Below are positions 59,641 through 64,000 of a DNA stretch of 64,000 nucleotides, one piece after another. The stretch comes from Rhina ancylostomus (taxonomy: Eukaryota), in NCBI GenBank assembly GCA_030265395.1, contig JARFYF010000112.1, forward strand, positions 69,652,163 to 69,716,162, in the 5' to 3' direction. The position numbers were made by a program, and so were the translations under genes. The notes beneath the pieces were generated by a model. It made no database searches, was not told the origin of the DNA, and saw only the letters and a list, made by a program, of their open reading frames with translations. The number at the start of each line of letters is the position of its first letter. Positions within the stretch are counted from its first letter, which is position 1.

Positions 59641-62449
59641 TACTGTCCCTACAAATTTTTGAAATATATTATAGAAATGTCACAAAGAAATTGAGAATAT
59701 TTGAGTTGCCTTGATAGAACAATACTATGATGATGGAACTGGAGATGCTAGAAGTCTAAGAAGCAGTACTTCTTATCATGATAAACATATGGCATTTGTT
59801 CCAGTTTGATGGGCAGGGCTAAAGAGGGGGCTATCTATAAAATATCACGTGCGTTGCTGAAATTTTCTAAAATTCAACCCCTTTGAGAGATATAAATTTG
59901 ACAGGAGAAGACATGATGAAGGTAAATCATACGATCAGTACCAACCACTGCAAAAACTCACCAAAAGTTGAGTTTCTTGCAATTACGCCAGAAGAAATAC
60001 TGTGAGTTGAATTGTAGACTCAGGAGGTATGAAATGATTGCCTTGAGAAACTAACCTGAAAACAGCTAAGATTTGTCATGCAGTAGAAAGCATGGGCGAG
60101 AATATCAGTGTGGTGCACAAATCCAATGAAACCTTTAGAGTTGATAGATGAAAGCTGCAAGCTAAGATTGGAGCAACCCAAAGAACACAAGAATGCTGGA
60201 ACAGTTGGAGGAGGTATGACTTCACAGGAGAGAATTGTATCCTTGAATCGAATATGTTATTTGTAGGAGAAATCATTTTGCAAAGCAATGTCATGTTAAA
60301 GAATTGTTTGCACAAAAACAGCCAATTGGAGCTATTGATGAGGAACCAGGAGCAACTGCTTTTATTGACAATGATATCAATGCTTATAACTTGGATGCTG
60401 TTTTACATTTATATATGAATCAGGCAACTGTCTTAAGTTTCAAATGAACACAGTGGAGGTGAAGAGGAACTACACTTTCAAAGAAGTGCAGTTCCTCTTC
60501 ACCTAAGCAGCAAAGAAACCAGAGGTTTTAAATCTTGAAAGATAAAATCACTTAAATCTGCAATTCTAGTTTATGGTGAAGTTTGAATTTATGTTGGAGG
60601 ACAGATATAACTGTTGTCTCAGTCTGGTGAACATAAATGTGAATTGGAACGTAAAGTGGGTGGCATAACTCTAAAACCTTTGCTCTACAGAAAGTAATGT
60701 CCAAGCATGTATGTTATCAAGTATCATATGTAATAATGATTCAATTAATGGAACACCTTCTGCTGGAGTCATGAAATAATCCAATAATTAAGGAATTATT
60801 AAGGAGTTATGCACAAATATTCTCAGGTGCTTAGTGGTGGAATTGGACAACATAGAGAACAGAATCAAGCTTGATGAAATAGTAGATCTGATACAACTGG
60901 TACCTCATCAGATGCCAGTGGCTTTGAGGAAGAAGCTGGAAGAAACACCAGCTGATCTAGTTAGACCAAATATTCTAGGTACAGTAATCAGCTGAATGGT
61001 TGCAACATATAAGAAGGATGGATCGTTTCATATGTGTCTAGATTCTATGGCTGCCAATGACAGATGATATAGCTACACACATACACAATGCTAAAACATT
61101 TATGATTCCATATGTTCAAAATGCATTCATACGTGTACATTTGAATGGACAGTTATCGTTTTTTAACGGCTTTCCATACACCTTTTGGAAGTATATGTCA
61201 TTTGGGATCAGCTCCCCTCCAAAAGCTTCCCGAAGGTAAATGCATGAGTGAGTAATAGGACATCAGAGTATAGAAGTCACTTCTGATGATTTTGTGGCTG
61301 TAGGTTTTGGCGAAAAGCCAGTAAAAGCAATTAAGACCTTAATAAACATTCAGATGCATTTCTTCAAATTTGCAATGAGTGTGGAGCACCACTAGATAAA
61401 GGAATAATGAAACTTTAAAGGCAAGAAGTTGCAGTTTTTGGCCATACTGCTGCAGGCCAAGACATTTCTGTGGATCTGCACAAAGAACTTTTGGAGATGC
61501 CAACACTGATGACTGTGGCAGGTATCCAACATTTGTTGGGTCTTGGTCAACATCTGAGTAAGTTTTTTCTCTCATCTATCTGACATGCTGAAACAGTTAA
61601 GAGACTCAACAGCAAAAGAGTGATTCTGGGAAGTATCAGAAGTAGCACTAAAATATCTTAAAGCCGCAGTCATTAGCACAACAAACTTAAATATTATAAT
61701 CTGAAGGAAGAGGTAACTTTGCAATGTGATGCATCTCAGTCTGGGTTTAGAAGAATAACATGACTATGCAATTGCACATTGTTATTCTACAAGATCAACT
61801 AGGGTCACGTCAGAGATACCTGAACGTCTTTATTCTTAATTGAATTTTCAAGATGTATTAACTACATAAACCTAATATTCAAAGGATAACAACTTGTGGT
61901 ACTAATTGTGTCACTTAAAGAACTAGTTCCAGTTGTCATTTAACAAATATGGGCATGGAAGGTTGTGCTCATAAAGATTTAGATGCCTCTGTTGACAAAG
62001 CACGGTATCTGAGTTTAAACTATGCATTTAAAACCAAGACATTTCTTTGACAAATCAGAGTTTACCAGGTAGGGAAAGGTTGTGTGCAAAGGTCGATCTT
62101 TGTGACCTATATAGCTATACTCGTGTGGTGCTTAATATAGTAACTTTATTGAAGTGTTAAGAATTACTTCAACTAATAATAGCAATGTTTTGAAAGAACT
62201 TCAGATAAAGTTTGCTAGGTTTGGACTACCAGACATTTGATAATGGACTGCAAATCACAGCCATAAAACATTTCCATCAGTATGTAAAGTAAGTTTAGAC
62301 ACTTCAATAAAATTACTATAATAATCACTCATAATAAGAATGGCTATATACGTCACTAAGATCAATACAAACCTTGCCCATTGCCTACACACAATGAAGA
62401 CTTAAATTGCCTTTACATTCACAAATGATGGAACTGTGAATGAAAGATT

Positions 62450-62645
62450 TATCACAACACAGAAAGAGGCCATTTGGCTCATCAATTCTGTACCACATTC
62501 TTGCAATTCTGTCATCTAGTTCCCCACACTCCTGCAAATTATTCTCCTTAAATTCCCTATTGAAGGCATTGATTGATTGTGTTTCCACCACCCCTACAAG
62601 CAGTGAATTCCAGATCCAAGCTACTCTATTTATTCTATACAAACC
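62450..62645 (-). mobile_element. CR1 3' end fragment
   Basis: RVAWIWNSLLVGVVETQSINAFNRE, plus the GAGCCAAATGGCCTCT 3' UTR motif. Confidence 0.75.
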
Positions 62646-63873
62646 TGTCCAGTTATACTGAAGATATTCATGTGCTGATCAGAACTAAAGATTCATTTAA
62701 GCCTGAGAACAGTTCCCAGTGATTTTCTGAACTCTCCACAATCTACAAAGCTAGATACAAGAAATAAAACAGTTGTGGATCCCATGAATCAAATGCCTGC
62801 CAATGACTGAAGATCTGGAAGGCAGTGTCAGCCACCAGTGCAATGGAAGTACATGTGATTTTATAGTGCCTGTTATAAATGTATGTTTGTTTTGGTTAAA
62901 TAGTGACTTTTCTGAAGAAAGATTTATGAGGTCATTAAGTAAATATCGTTGCAGTGGTCTCTGAGGTGACAGGTTTGTTTGTTTACATTATTCCAGAGAA
63001 TTCAGGGTCTCTCTGTGAAAGCAGCAAACAAATCAGCCTGTAAGATACTTGCCTCCTTAGTGTAGTCACTTCATTTTACTTTTAAATAAAAGTTGCTTCC
63101 TCCCTTGTAACAAATATTGACTATGCTTTGAATTAAAAGGGGAATCCTGGGCAGCACATTTTTAACTACAAAAGTCCAGTATTTGATGATGTGACCATCT
63201 AGCTCACCCATTCAGAGGCAATAGAATTTCTTGGGCTTATTACCTTAATGTCCTTTCCTTCATTCTGAAAGAAAAATGCAAAACCACAACAAAAGATGGA
63301 AGCATAATTTGTTTTCAGGAAATCAGGGGCTGGGCATCCTTCAGATAATTTTATTAAACTCCATGCACTTTACAGAATTTTGCATTGCTCTATGAAAAAG
63401 GGTATTCATTTTATTTGTATAACTTAAATATCAGCATGAAGCAAATTTTAATTAATGTTCTCTCTTTTAAAATTGTTCAATAATAAACAGGAATTCAGAC
63501 CAAATCAAATAGGACATAAAATGCTGGTTCCATAAATAATGTTAGATTTTGCATCATCACTATACCTAGAGCAGTCTAGAATCTGAGGGAAGGTGGAAAT
63601 AGTTTGTTTAGAGCTTTTCTGAAACAATATTTTACAAGTTTTTTTTAATGAATTTTTGATGTGGATAGATGATGCTGTCATTTCCAGAAATAGATATAGT
63701 TAAAACAATTATCAAACACAAACCAAAATCAGCACCTGATCCATGGAAAAAACCATTTCTTGCCAGCATTTGGAATGTTTCAGGCAAGCATATAAAATAT
63801 TGTAAAGAGTAAGTTATAAATTCTCATTGATTAAGACTTGAGATTATCCCAGAATACATTGCTGGCTTGTCAT

Positions 63874-64000
63874 GGGCAGGCATGGTAGTGTAGCAGTTAG
63901 CATAATGCTATTACAGTGCCAGTGACCCAGGTTCAATTCTGGCCTGTCTGTAAAGAGTTTGTATGTTCTCCCCGTGTCTGCGTGGGTTTCCTCCGGGTGT
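63874..64000 (+). mobile_element. V-SINE (HE1-like) 5' part, running off the window
   Basis: tRNA-like A and B boxes (GGTAGTGTAGCAG; GGTTCAATTC), then the V domain GAGTTTGTATGTTCTCCCCGTGTCTGCGTGGGTTTCCTCCGGGTG. Confidence 0.88.

Larger units (their letters stand above)
59190..63160 (+). mobile_element. Ancient Ty3/Gypsy LTR retrotransposon (gag-PR-RT-RNaseH-IN), pseudogenised, with remnant LTRs
   Basis: FERYKFDRRRHDEGKSYDQY (gag, 59882), ICRRNHFAKQC (zinc knuckle), MSFGISSPP and EVTSDDF (RT), EEVTLQCDASQSG (RNase H), SNFIEV and KFARFGLPD..DNG (integrase), in Gypsy order. PBS-like ACA|TGGTGACAGAG at 59337-59350. 59229-59339 is colinear with 63043-63160. Confidence 0.85.

Noticed and set aside
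59650-60330. Gypsy gag as an orthologue of the domesticated gene RTL5/RGAG4, which I recall lies antisense within the mammalian NHSL2 intron
   Set aside because: The gag here is full of stops and frameshifts and belongs to a decayed provirus. RTL genes are therian/eutherian domestications of sushi-type elements, so the shared location is most likely coincidence.
63874-63945. tRNA gene
   Set aside because: The A and B boxes continue into the V-SINE core and there is no complete cloverleaf. It is a SINE head, as at 27508, 40540 and 43540.

Overview
Vertebrate genomic DNA, AT-rich and repeat-dense with several N gaps. The repeat inventory (CR1, Rex1/Babar, V-SINE, Deu-domain SINE, Penelope-type palindromes) points to a cartilaginous fish; this is an inference from recalled consensus sequences. 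The only clear host coding sequence is a 153-bp phase-1/phase-1 exon on the minus strand (5737-5889, [50 protein letters not shown]). It matches the conserved second exon of the Nance-Horan syndrome family and best resembles NHSL2, so most of the window is probably the very large first intron of that gene. Points worth a second look: (1) a candidate alternative first exon at 8668-8695 giving a myristoylation-type N-terminus, MGHLLS; (2) a ~1.35-kb foldback (31756-33110) with old, diverged outer arms but an almost perfect 54-bp inner stem; (3) a ~180-bp palindromic mini-element with a target-site duplication and a minimal hammerhead-ribozyme core (10989-11171); (4) an ancient near-complete Gypsy provirus with faint paired LTRs; (5) two compact near-perfect hairpins. 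No CRISPR array, rRNA, true tRNA or prokaryotic system is supported. Nearly all entries in the ORF track are chance ORFs or transposon fragments. Repeat boundaries are approximate and family names come from recall, not database searches.
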